NCBI GenBank assembly: GCA_963790305.1 | Contig: CAWBOC010000009.1 | Span: 160,001-224,000 of the forward strand | Direction of reading: 5' to 3' | Length of the DNA: 64,000 nucleotides | DNA from: an uncultured Gemmatimonadaceae bacterium | Lineage (GTDB): Bacteria > Gemmatimonadota > Gemmatimonadetes > Gemmatimonadales > Gemmatimonadaceae | Part shown: piece after piece, positions 51,206 through 60,273 of the stretch | Layout: each line of letters opens with the position of its first letter | Numbering within the stretch: position 1 is the stretch's first letter | Notes under the pieces: model-generated | What the model was told of the DNA's origin: nothing | The model's input: only the letters and a program-made list of their open reading frames with translations | Databases searched by the model: none | Made by a program: the position numbers and the translations under genes

Positions 51206-51846
51206 CGCTGCGTCGACTTGTAGAGGGTAACGTTGCCCTGCCCAATGCGGACGTCGGCAACGAACGTGGGCACCTCGAGTGGGAGACCGTCCTCCGCCAG
51301 TCCCGCGGGCCGCGTGCCGCGCGCGACGCGCTGCAACAGCCGCGGAATCATGCGCGACGGCACGGACAGCTCACGCAGCCGCAACACCTTCACGCGATAC
51401 TGCGCAAGACCGGGACGCACCAGCTCGAGAGTCCCGCCGAACTCGACCGGCTCGCGATCGCCGAGCATGGCAGCAAGAGGCCCGAGCGAGCCCGCTCCGC
51501 CGAAGTCGCTGACCTTCACCAAGGCGCGCACGTGCAGGCGGTCATCGATGACGGCGGCCTCCAGCTCCTGCGCCGACGGCGGCAGCTGCTTCGACAGCTC
51601 GTCGAAGATATACGCGGCGAGATCGGCGCCGCCGATGTTGGTGAACACGGGACCTGAGGGGCGAGACAACAGCTGGACGGACGTGCGCGCGCGCTCCGCG
51701 CCCTCCGGCGTGAGCCGCTCCCACACCGGCGCCGTCGATGTGGCCTCGGCGGCGCCGCGCGGTCGCTCCAGATACAGCCAGAGGAAGACCGCGCCGCCGG
51801 CGAGAAACACCAGGACGAGAAAGCCGAGCCGTCGCATACACCCCAT
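51202..51846 (-). CDS. Hypothetical protein with N-terminal membrane anchor
   Basis: Overlaps or abuts both neighbours in the same orientation; N-terminal TM helix. Confidence 0.65.
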   Translation of the reverse strand: MGCMRRLGFLVLVFLAGGAVFLWLYLERPRGAAEATSTAPVWERLTPEGAERARTSVQLLSRPSGPVFTNIGGADLAAYIFDELSKQLPPSAQELEAAVIDDRLHVRALVKVSDFGGAGSLGPLAAMLGDREPVEFGGTLELVRPGLAQYRVKVLRLRELSVPSRMIPRLLQRVARGTRPAGLAEDGLPLEVPTFVADVRIGQGNVTLYKSTQR

Positions 51847-52422
51847 TTACGAGTGGCCGAGCGGAACTGCGGCGAGCACGGTGTAGCGGGGCCCTGCCGA
51901 CGACAGCTCGCTTTGCATCACATCGATACTCCGCGCATCGATCGTACCCCGATACCGGACGTTTGTCGCAAGCCTCGCCATCGCTGCCACCTGCTCGGCA
52001 CTGACGTCACGCTTCACGCGCCCGAGCGTGATGTGGGGCCGGAACGCGCGCGCCTCCACCTCGTGTCCGAGGGCCTCGCAAGCGACTTCGAGATCGTGAT
52101 GGAGCAGCTCGAGCTTGGGATCAGCCCCGATCCCGATCCAGAAGATGCGTGGCGCGCGAAGATGCGGGAACGCTCCCACACCCCCCACGTCCAGACGCAG
52201 AGGTTGAAAGCGGCGCGCGACCCCGGCGAGCGCGTCACGGACTTTCGCCACATCCTCCGGCTGCTGCTCGCCGAGAAACTTCATCGTGAGGTGAATGCAG
52301 TCCGGAGCCACCCACGTGACGGAGCTCGCCGCGGCGCGAAGGGGCGCCGTCGACTCGTGGATTGCCAGTCGTTCCGATGCGGGAAGATTAATCGCGATGA
52401 AGAGCCGCACGGCCGGCGTCAT
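51847..52422 (-). CDS. thpR: RNA 2',3'-cyclic phosphodiesterase (2H family)
   Basis: RLFIAI, HLTMKFLG, FRPHITLGR (two HxT motifs), GPRY. Confidence 0.92.
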   Translation of the reverse strand: MTPAVRLFIAINLPASERLAIHESTAPLRAAASSVTWVAPDCIHLTMKFLGEQQPEDVAKVRDALAGVARRFQPLRLDVGGVGAFPHLRAPRIFWIGIGADPKLELLHHDLEVACEALGHEVEARAFRPHITLGRVKRDVSAEQVAAMARLATNVRYRGTIDARSIDVMQSELSSAGPRYTVLAAVPLGHS

Positions 52423-52609
52423 CGACGACCTCGAGCGCAAGGTGCGTAAACCCGTTGCGCTCGGCAGCATCTACCGCGAGAAAGCGAAGCTCGTCGTCGC
52501 CCAGTCCAGCGTCCGTGTCCATTCTCAACACCGCCAGCGAACCGCGCACCTCGACGATTCCATGAAGGCCGATCTCCGCCAGCGCGCGTTCGAGATTTTC
52601 CACGTTCAT
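52388..52609 (-). CDS. 73-aa protein resembling the LarE C-terminal domain
   Basis: Start overlaps the larE stop. VENLERALAEIGL.G...GSLA...GFTHLALEV aligns by eye with LarE VEHAERALRDLGL.G...GDLA...GFARVAIDL. Confidence 0.6.
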   Translation of the reverse strand: MNVENLERALAEIGLHGIVEVRGSLAVLRMDTDAGLGDDELRFLAVDAAERNGFTHLALEVVDDAGRAALHRD

Positions 52610-53460
52610 GCGGCGGTCACCTCTTGGAGAATGTTGAGAGAGCCCGACCGGAAGCCGCGCAAGTCGATCGCGACGCGAGCGAATCCCGCGGCGCGAATCG
52701 CGGCGGTGATCATGCGCATGGGAATTGGACTCAGCCAGAGGGCGAGCATCTCGCGGGAGAGCTCGACGCGCGCGAGATCGCCATGGTGCCGCACGCGCAG
52801 ATCTCCGCCGAGGCCGAGGTCACGAAGTGCACGCTCGGCGTGCTCGACCTGTCGCAAGCGCTCGGCCGTCACCGACAGGCCGTACTGAAGACGCGAGGAA
52901 AGACACGGCGACGACGGCTGCGACCAGGTGGGCAACCCACGAGCGCGCGACCGCTCGCGAATGTCGCGTTTGGTCATCCCTACTTCCACCAGCGGGGAGC
53001 GCACGCCGTGCTCACGGGCCGCCTGCATGCCGGGACGATGCCCGCCAATGTCGTCGGCGTTGGTCCCATCGATGATCACATCGAGTCCGCGCTCGCGTGC
53101 CACCGGCGCGAGCTTACCCCACAGCTCGGTCTTGCAGAAGTAGCAACGATTCGACGGATTGGCGACGTAGCGCGGATCGTCCATCTCGTCGGTGTCGACC
53201 TCCAGGACTGGCAAGCCGACGTGCGCCGCGACATCGCGCGCAACGCGCCATTGTTCTTCCGGGTACGACGCGGACCGCCCGATGACGGCAAGCACACGAT
53301 TCGGTCCGAGCGCTTCGTGGGCGACGCTCGCGAGGTACGCGGAATCGACACCGCCGCTGAAGCCGAGGAGAACAGACCCGCAATCACGAAGCCACGCCAC
53401 CAGCGCGCGCTCCTTTTCCTCGGCCAACGACGTCGCAGGGATCGCGCGGGGGTCGGTCAT
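52606..53460 (-). CDS. larE: ATP-dependent sulfur transferase LarE
   Basis: PP-loop FSGGVDS, RCYFCK, DGTNADD..RPG..A, PSSPCLSSR, GFRSGSLN. Confidence 0.93.
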   Translation of the reverse strand: MTDPRAIPATSLAEEKERALVAWLRDCGSVLLGFSGGVDSAYLASVAHEALGPNRVLAVIGRSASYPEEQWRVARDVAAHVGLPVLEVDTDEMDDPRYVANPSNRCYFCKTELWGKLAPVARERGLDVIIDGTNADDIGGHRPGMQAAREHGVRSPLVEVGMTKRDIRERSRARGLPTWSQPSSPCLSSRLQYGLSVTAERLRQVEHAERALRDLGLGGDLRVRHHGDLARVELSREMLALWLSPIPMRMITAAIRAAGFARVAIDLRGFRSGSLNILQEVTAA

Positions 53461-53510
53461 GCTTCAACGTAACCGAGCCCCCGCGGCCTGGGGAGGGCGC
53501 TGCCGGACCT

Positions 53511-53999
53511 CTACCGCAGTCGAGCGCGCGTTTCGTGATCGAGCAGCCAGCGCTTGCGATCGATGCCCCCGCCGAAGCCTGTCAGCGATCCGTCAGCGCC
53601 GATCACGCGATGGCACGGCACGATGATCATCAACGGGTTACGGCCGTTTGCGGCACCCACCGCGCGCACGGCCTTGGGCTGGTCGATGCGACGCGCGAGC
53701 TCGGCGTAGCTGATCGTCTCGCCAAAAGGGATCGTCTTCAACGATCCCCACACGCGCTGCTGGAAGTCCGTGCCGCGCGGCTCGAGCGGCAGATCGAAAT
53801 CCGTGAGACGCATGTCGAAGTATGCGTCGAGCTGCTCGCGGGCCGCGGCGAGCACGGAATCGGCGTCCGCGGGGACGCTCTCGCCATTCATGTCACTCTC
53901 GCGGGCGATGAGCAGCTGCGTTAGCGCGCTTCCATTACTGGTGAGGGTGAGCATCCCGATGGGACTGGTGACGCGGGTGCTCAGAAGGGTCTCAGTCAT
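53511..53999 (-). CDS. ogt: Methylated-DNA-protein-cysteine methyltransferase
   Basis: SPIG, GTDFQQRVW, RAVGAANGRNP, active site PCHRV. Confidence 0.93.
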   Translation of the reverse strand: MTETLLSTRVTSPIGMLTLTSNGSALTQLLIARESDMNGESVPADADSVLAAAREQLDAYFDMRLTDFDLPLEPRGTDFQQRVWGSLKTIPFGETISYAELARRIDQPKAVRAVGAANGRNPLMIIVPCHRVIGADGSLTGFGGGIDRKRWLLDHETRARLR

Positions 54000-54113
54000 C
54001 GTAGCGATCATGTCAGCGGTCTCCAGCGTGCCGCAAGAGCGCGGGTTGAGTGTGTCGAACGGGATGGAAGGTATCTCTCGGGTTCGGAGGGTGCTCGCCA
54101 TTTTCGGACGTGG

Positions 54114-55664
54114 TCATGCCGGCACCAGACTGTGCGCATCGGGCCCGTACTCTGCGACGGGGCCGAGGCGAAACCTCAGTGCTTCGGCGACGTGCGGTGC
54201 CCGGATGCTCGGATCGGCGTCCAGGTCGGCGATCGTCCGCGCGACGCGCAGCGTGCGGTGGTATCCGCGCGCCGTCAGCGCACCGCGGTCGGCCGCTTTC
54301 ACGAGAAGACGGTGTCCGTCGGCAGCGAGCCCTCCTCGTGCGTCGAGCCAGCGGCCGGGAGCCCGCGCGTTGCACTCGACGTGGGAGAGCGGCCTGTACC
54401 GCGTGCGCTGGACGAGCCGTGCCGCATCAACGCGGTGGCGCACATCGCGCGAGCGCTCCGAGCTGCGCGCAGCAGCGAGAGCTCCGACGGCGACGGCACG
54501 GACCTCCACCCGGATGTCGATCCGATCGATCAGCGGTCCGGAGAGACGCGCGCGATAGCGCGTGATGTCGCCTGCTGCGCACACGCACGCGCGATTCACG
54601 TCTCCGGCGTATCCACAGGGACAGGGATTCATCGCGCCCACGAGCAGAAATCGCGCTGGAAACGTCACGGAATGCGCAGCCCTCGCGATCACGACCCGTC
54701 CGTCCTCGAGTGGTTGGCGCAGGGCTTCGAGTACGTGACGCCGAAACTCGAGCACTTCATCGAGAAAGAGCACGCCGTGGTGGGCGAGACTCACCTCGCC
54801 AGGCCGCGGTGGATTTCCGCCGCCGATGAGGCCTGCATCGGAGATCGTATGGTGCGGCGCACGAAAGGGGCCGCGCCTGACGAGAGCACACCCCCCCGCC
54901 AGCATCCCGGCGACGGAGTGCACGGCTGTGACCTCGAGCGCCTCGCGTTCACTGAGCGCGGGCAGGATGCCGGGAAGGCGGCGGGCAAGCATGGTCTTGC
55001 CCGCTCCCGGCGGGCCGGTGAGCAGCGCGTTGTGTCCGCCAGCCGCGGCGACTTCGAGCGCGCGCTTCGCGGTGTCCTGTCCCGCGACATCGCTCAAGTC
55101 GTCCACGTCGTCAGGAATCGTCAGGCGCGCCGGTGGTGGCGTGTGGGGAAGCGCGCCTTCACGCAGCTGGCTGACGAGCTCATGGAGCGTGATCGGCGCC
55201 GAGAGGGAGACGCCGCCAACGAGGCCTGCCTCGGCGACGTTCGTCGGCGGTACGATCAGGACCTTCTGGCGGGTCCCCCTCGCGAGCATGGCGACGGGAA
55301 GCGCCCCCCGCACAGCGCGCAGCGTTCCATCGAGCCCGAGCTCACCGACCGCCATTACGCCGTCGAGGCAAGCGGCCGCCAACTGTCCGGTGGAGACGAG
55401 GATGCCTAACGCGATGGGAAGGTCGAAGCCCGTGCCATCTTTTTTCGTATCGGCCGGGGCAAGATTGACTGTAATGCGACGTGGGGGAAGCGCGAAGCCC
55501 GCATTGGCGAGCGCGGCTCCCACGCGTTCTCGGCTCTCCTTCACCGCACCCGCAGGCAGGCCAACGATCGCGAACTGAGGAAGTCCGGGAGCGGCGTCGA
55601 CCTCGACGGTGACGGCGTAGGCCTCGATCCCTATCAGCGCGGCGGAGCGGACGGCGGCAAGCAC
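54114..55664 (-). CDS. comM: YifB/ComM Mg-chelatase-like AAA+ ATPase
   Basis: IVGLP..AVKESRERV, NLAPAD, GPPGAGKT, PFRAPHH, GEVSLAHHGVLFLDE, AMNPCPCG; GTG start with AGGAG SD. Confidence 0.93.
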   Translation of the reverse strand: MLAAVRSAALIGIEAYAVTVEVDAAPGLPQFAIVGLPAGAVKESRERVGAALANAGFALPPRRITVNLAPADTKKDGTGFDLPIALGILVSTGQLAAACLDGVMAVGELGLDGTLRAVRGALPVAMLARGTRQKVLIVPPTNVAEAGLVGGVSLSAPITLHELVSQLREGALPHTPPPARLTIPDDVDDLSDVAGQDTAKRALEVAAAGGHNALLTGPPGAGKTMLARRLPGILPALSEREALEVTAVHSVAGMLAGGCALVRRGPFRAPHHTISDAGLIGGGNPPRPGEVSLAHHGVLFLDEVLEFRRHVLEALRQPLEDGRVVIARAAHSVTFPARFLLVGAMNPCPCGYAGDVNRACVCAAGDITRYRARLSGPLIDRIDIRVEVRAVAVGALAAARSSERSRDVRHRVDAARLVQRTRYRPLSHVECNARAPGRWLDARGGLAADGHRLLVKAADRGALTARGYHRTLRVARTIADLDADPSIRAPHVAEALRFRLGPVAEYGPDAHSLVPA

Positions 55665-55794
55665 GCTCCTACAGTGTCGCGCCCTCCCGTGACGGTCTTC
55701 ATCGGATCGACGCCGGGAGTTGCAGCGCTCCGCAGGGGTGTGCCATCGTTGCGCCACCAGGTACCCGCTTACCCCATCCGTGCGAGACAGCCCC

Positions 55795-56313
55795 ATGAAA
55801 TGGCTGCTAGTGACGGTCGGCGCCCTCGTTGCGATCGTGGCAGTGGTAGCGATCGTTGGGCTCCTGCTGCCCCGCGATCACGTTGCGGCCACCACGGCGC
55901 ACCTCAAGGCGCCGCCGGACAGCGTGTGGCAGGCGGTCACGGACGTGCGCGATTATCCGCGCTGGCGGATGGGCGTGCAGTCAGTCAATGTCCTCGCGGC
56001 AGAGGGCGCCTTGCGATGGCGCGAGCACGGCAGCGATGGGGCCATCACGTTCGAGCGCTCCGAAGAGCAGCGACCCCGCCGCCTCGTCACGAGGATCGTG
56101 GACGAAACCCTTCCCTTTGGGGGAACGTGGACGTATGAGCTCACTCCCGAACCGGACGGCACGGCCCTAACGATCACCGAGCGCGGGTACGTGACCAATC
56201 CCATTTTCCGCTTCATGTCGCGGTTCGTCTTTGGTCACCACCACAGCCAGGAGGAATTTCTGCGGGCTCTCGGGCGTCGCTTCGGGCAGGAGGTCACGAC
56301 GACCCGAGCGTGA
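55795..56313 (+). CDS. SRPBCC/polyketide cyclase family protein
   Basis: N-terminal TM; APPDSVWQAVTD..YPRW; GTWTYEL..GT.LTITE. Confidence 0.8.
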   Translation: MKWLLVTVGALVAIVAVVAIVGLLLPRDHVAATTAHLKAPPDSVWQAVTDVRDYPRWRMGVQSVNVLAAEGALRWREHGSDGAITFERSEEQRPRRLVTRIVDETLPFGGTWTYELTPEPDGTALTITERGYVTNPIFRFMSRFVFGHHHSQEEFLRALGRRFGQEVTTTRA

Positions 56314-56324
56314 CGCTCCGGAGG

Positions 56325-56780
56325 CTATCGCGGGCGCTCGGTCAGCCCGGATCCCGCCGGGTTGGCGCTCGTGACCGCGATCGGGATGGACACGTCGCGG
56401 TCGAGCGCCAGCGGGATGATCCAGCGAAGGTTGTCTATCACGTTAGGCGGGAGCACATCGACCCGTGCCAGGAACACGGGCTGATCCTCAGCGGTTCTCG
56501 CGCGGCGCGCCGCGTCATCGAATGCGCGAACGGCGCGGAGGCGATACTCGGGATCACGCCAGACGAGGAATTCCTCCCACGCCTCGACGTCCACGCCCGC
56601 TTCCTCGCGGACCTCGCGACGCGCGGCCTCCAGAAGATCTTCGCCGTCATGCACCTTGCCGCCGAGCGCGTTGACGCGTCCCGCCTGCCACGCCGGCCGC
56701 GTCTTTCGCACCAGGACGATTTCCCGCCCGTCAGCGGTGAAGAGCAACGCCAGCACGTAGTCGAGCGCGCGGCTCGCCAC
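56325..56780 (-). CDS. NUDIX hydrolase
   Basis: Nudix box GGKVHDGEDLLEAARREVREEAG. Confidence 0.88.
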   Translation of the reverse strand: MASRALDYVLALLFTADGREIVLVRKTRPAWQAGRVNALGGKVHDGEDLLEAARREVREEAGVDVEAWEEFLVWRDPEYRLRAVRAFDDAARRARTAEDQPVFLARVDVLPPNVIDNLRWIIPLALDRDVSIPIAVTSANPAGSGLTERPR

Positions 56781-56781
56781 G

Positions 56782-58989
56782 CTAGAACCCGACGGTCGCC
56801 GTGAGGAAGATGGCGCGCGGCGCGGTCACGAAATAATACGGGGTCGTCCCGTCGGTATAGCCGGCCGCATAGAATCGCGCGCTGCCCACGTTCATCACGT
56901 ACAGCGCGACCTCGTGACGCCCGCTCCGCCACGCGAGCCCAGCGTCCGCCAGGTACGCCAATGGCGTCATGAACGCGCGATCGCCCGTGTTCGCCAGGAA
57001 GCTCCGCCCGACGTAGCGACCGGTGACGGACATGGAAAGGACAGGCGTCATCTGCCAGTCGAGCGCGTGATTGAGCAGGACCGCCGGGGTGAGCAACGGC
57101 TCCACATCTCGATATGTGGTACCGGTCGCGTCGTCCCGGTACTCGGCGATGCGGTTGCGGCTGATCGTGGCATTCGCCGACGCGGCGAGCGCGGGCAACG
57201 GACGCCAGGTCACGTCTGCCTCGAGGCCGCGACGATACGACGAGCGGACGTTCTTGCGCAGGGGAAGTCCGATGTAGCTGAGCTCCCCCACTGGGGTGAT
57301 CTCGTTGCGAAATCGCATGTCGAACACGTTCAGGTTCGCCAACAGCGACGTCGTTCGCCAGCGGACGCCAGCCTCGCTGTCGTAGACGCGCTCGGGGCGC
57401 ACGCGCGACAGGGAACCAACGAAATCAATGTTGGTCGTGTCCACATCATCGAAGCCCGCGAACATGTCGTTGCGGGTGGGCTCACGGCCGTTCGACCCGT
57501 AGGACGCATAGAGCGTCGCTTGCCGCGAAAGCTCCCAGGTGATTCCTGCCTTGGGGTTCAGGAACGTCCAGGCAATGCTTCTGCCACCCACGCCGGACCC
57601 CGCGGAGGGCACGTACTCGAACTCCGGGTGCCGCAGCTGAACGTCGCCGTAGAGCGTCGCATCCCCGAGTGCGAGCACGGCTTTCGCGAACGCACTCTGC
57701 TCGCGCTTTCGGCCGGTGTTGTGATAGACGAGTGACTCCAGCGCGGGCCGGATGGCGAGAGAGTGGTCGCGATGGTACGCGCTCGCGTGGGCGCCAATGT
57801 CGAGATCGAACGCTCCTCTGCGCGCGCTCCAGGTGGCGAGCGCGCCAGTCACTCGCGAGGCGAGCTGGAAGTTGTAGAGGTCGGGCGCGATGCGGACGTC
57901 GTAGTCGCCGCCCGCCCAGATCGTGTACGCGGTGGCCTGCATCGCGGCCTGTTCGCCAAGCACGCGGGTCCAGGATGCACTGGCGAAATGCTGCTGGAAG
58001 TCGTCGCGCTCATCCTCGCCCAGCGGGTTGGCACGTGGGTCCTGTTCGAGATCCGCGAGCGGGACCGCCAGATACGCCAGCTCGTTCCGCGATCGGCCAC
58101 CGAACGCGGTGATCTTCACGATGTCGCGGGCGCCGAAATAGGCACCGTTGGTGAAGTACGATTGGCCCGTGTTCCCCGAGTGATGACGATAGCCCTCCGT
58201 GCAATGTGCGGAGGCGCGCACGTACATCGCGAATCGGTCATTCACCCGTCCCGACATCCACTCCGCGCTTCCGCGCGTCGTGCCGAACGAGCCACGTCCG
58301 AGCTGAACCTCGCCGCCACGCTCGGCACTGGCGAGAGCCATCGACTGAAAGTTGATGGCCCCCGCGTACGCCGCGGTGCCGTAAGAGCTCGTACCGACTC
58401 CCCGCTGGATCTGCACCGATTCGAGACTGTTGCCGAAATCGGGAAAGTTCGAGAAGTACACGAACTGGTCCTCGGGATCGTTCAGCGGTACTCCGTCGAG
58501 CGTGATGTTCACCCGAGTGTGGTCTATTCCGCGGAGACGCAGATACGTGTAGTTGGAAAAGCCTCCGGCCTCCGCGTACGACGTCACCGATGGCTGACCG
58601 GTGAGTAGGAGCGGAACGTCCTGCCCCACGTAGCGTCGCTCGACCTCCTCCCGATCCATCGTCCGCTGCGGAATCGGCGCGGCAGCGTCGCCGCGCAGCG
58701 CGGTCACGGTCACGCGCTCGAGGGAGGGCGCCGCGGGCTCGAGCTGGACAATGAGCGTGGTGTCGCTCGCGATAACGTGCTCGACCGTCTGGTATCCGAC
58801 TCGCGCGAAGCGAACGCGCGCAGGTCCGGAAAGCTCGAGGGTGAAGCGGCCCGCTTCGTCGGTCTCGGTGCCGCCCTGTGCAGCGGCCGACGCTACGACG
58901 ACACCGGAGACTGGCTCTCCGGTAACGGCGTCGCGAACCTCGCCACGCACGGTGAGCAACGCGAGCAACAGTGCGAGAAGATACGACAC
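56782..58989 (-). CDS. TonB-dependent receptor
   Basis: N-terminal carboxypeptidase-regulatory-like domain; plug LRGID..RVNITLDGVPLNDPE..VQIQRG; barrel ending in F. Confidence 0.92.
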   Translation of the reverse strand: MSYLLALLLALLTVRGEVRDAVTGEPVSGVVVASAAAQGGTETDEAGRFTLELSGPARVRFARVGYQTVEHVIASDTTLIVQLEPAAPSLERVTVTALRGDAAAPIPQRTMDREEVERRYVGQDVPLLLTGQPSVTSYAEAGGFSNYTYLRLRGIDHTRVNITLDGVPLNDPEDQFVYFSNFPDFGNSLESVQIQRGVGTSSYGTAAYAGAINFQSMALASAERGGEVQLGRGSFGTTRGSAEWMSGRVNDRFAMYVRASAHCTEGYRHHSGNTGQSYFTNGAYFGARDIVKITAFGGRSRNELAYLAVPLADLEQDPRANPLGEDERDDFQQHFASASWTRVLGEQAAMQATAYTIWAGGDYDVRIAPDLYNFQLASRVTGALATWSARRGAFDLDIGAHASAYHRDHSLAIRPALESLVYHNTGRKREQSAFAKAVLALGDATLYGDVQLRHPEFEYVPSAGSGVGGRSIAWTFLNPKAGITWELSRQATLYASYGSNGREPTRNDMFAGFDDVDTTNIDFVGSLSRVRPERVYDSEAGVRWRTTSLLANLNVFDMRFRNEITPVGELSYIGLPLRKNVRSSYRRGLEADVTWRPLPALAASANATISRNRIAEYRDDATGTTYRDVEPLLTPAVLLNHALDWQMTPVLSMSVTGRYVGRSFLANTGDRAFMTPLAYLADAGLAWRSGRHEVALYVMNVGSARFYAAGYTDGTTPYYFVTAPRAIFLTATVGF

Positions 58990-59097
58990 TAGAGTCGGCG
59001 GTTGTCGGAAGTGCGGCTCATCACCGCAATGGGCACGCCACCGTGGTGCGAGAAAGATAATGCTTGCGCCGTTTTCCCGAAGAGAGTGTCACCGCTC

Positions 59098-59637
59098 TCA
59101 ATGCGAGGCCGGAACAACGCGGGACTCGATCGCGGCGATCGCCGCTGCCTCTCGCTCCTCCCAGATCCCGCGCACGACGACGTATTGCGCACGGTATTGC
59201 TCGAGCCGCGCCGTGAACGCGCTCTGGATCTCACGCCGCGCGTGCGGGCGATCGCGCGCCGGATCAGCTACCCATGGCACGTCGATGTCGCACAACAGAT
59301 ACAGCTCGGCGAGGCGCTCGCGCGCTGCTTCTTCTATCCACGGCGGGCATCGACCGTAATAGTGCTCGGCATACACGACGGTGCTGACGAGATCGGTATC
59401 GAGAATCGCGAGCCCTTGTGCTCGGCGAAGGGCGTCGTCCTCGCCGCGCATCTGCCCGCGCGCGATTGCTTCGACGTCCGTCGCATCCAGCGGAGCCCCC
59501 TTCCGCAGCGCGTAATCGCGCGAGAACTCCGGCGACCACACCGTCGCGAAGTGGAGCGCGAGACGCTCGGCCAGCCACGTCTTGCCGGTCGACTCCGACC
59601 CGGTGACCGTCACCCGGCGTACGCGCTCTCGGCTCAC
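59098..59637 (-). CDS. NadR-like P-loop kinase (AAA_28)
   Basis: TGSESTGKT, PEFSRDY, LDTD, DVPWVADP.RD; GTG start overlaps the pnuC stop. Confidence 0.85.
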   Translation of the reverse strand: MSRERVRRVTVTGSESTGKTWLAERLALHFATVWSPEFSRDYALRKGAPLDATDVEAIARGQMRGEDDALRRAQGLAILDTDLVSTVVYAEHYYGRCPPWIEEAARERLAELYLLCDIDVPWVADPARDRPHARREIQSAFTARLEQYRAQYVVVRGIWEEREAAAIAAIESRVVPASH

Positions 59638-60218
59638 GCGAAGGCTGTCTGCGGCGCGGGCTGCTCGCGCAGCAATGCGCGCCACTGTCGCCACCCCACC
59701 ACGGCGAGGATGGTGAACAGGAGGTAGAGTACCGCTGTGGGCCAAAGCGATTTGTAGATGAACATCGCCACGTACGCCGCGTCGGCAACGATCCATACCA
59801 GCCAGCACTCGACGTACTTGCGCGTCATCATGTATTGCGCCACGAGGCTCGCGGCGGTGAGCGCAGAATCGGCGAGGGGAAGTGACGCGTCGGTCGCGCG
59901 GGCGAGCAGCGTCGCCAGCGCCGCGGTACCGCCCGCGAAGGCGAGACCCAACAGGACTATTTCACGCGTGGGTACTCGAGAGACGCGCAGGGTGCCGCGG
60001 TTCGCCCCCCCGTGAAGCCAATGCCACCATCCGTACGCCGCGAGCACGATGTACACGGCTTGAAGCCCCATGTCCGCATAGAGCTTCGCTTCGTAGAAGA
60101 CGAAGATGTAGAGGGTGACATTGATGATGCCCAGCGGCCAGTTCCAGACGTTCTGGCGGGCACTGAGGTAGACCGACGCAACTCCGAACAGGGCCGCAGT
60201 GACTTCGATCGGATCCAT
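59634..60218 (-). CDS. pnuC: PnuC-family vitamin transporter
   Basis: NVWNWPLG, LYAD..LQ, YGWWHW, DS..T..SLVAQY..RKYVECWLVWIVAD. Confidence 0.92.
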   Translation of the reverse strand: MDPIEVTAALFGVASVYLSARQNVWNWPLGIINVTLYIFVFYEAKLYADMGLQAVYIVLAAYGWWHWLHGGANRGTLRVSRVPTREIVLLGLAFAGGTAALATLLARATDASLPLADSALTAASLVAQYMMTRKYVECWLVWIVADAAYVAMFIYKSLWPTAVLYLLFTILAVVGWRQWRALLREQPAPQTAFA

Positions 60219-60273
60219 CCCGGAATGATACGTCGAAGCACGCGCTTCGGAGCCGAACGACAGAAACGCCCGA

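Noticed and set aside
58990..59097. TPP or NAD riboswitch ahead of the TonB receptor
   Set aside because: Only a small hairpin (tgcgg-tgatgag-ccgca on the minus strand); the conserved TPP core (CTGAGA...ACCTGA) is absent. An Rfam scan would settle it.
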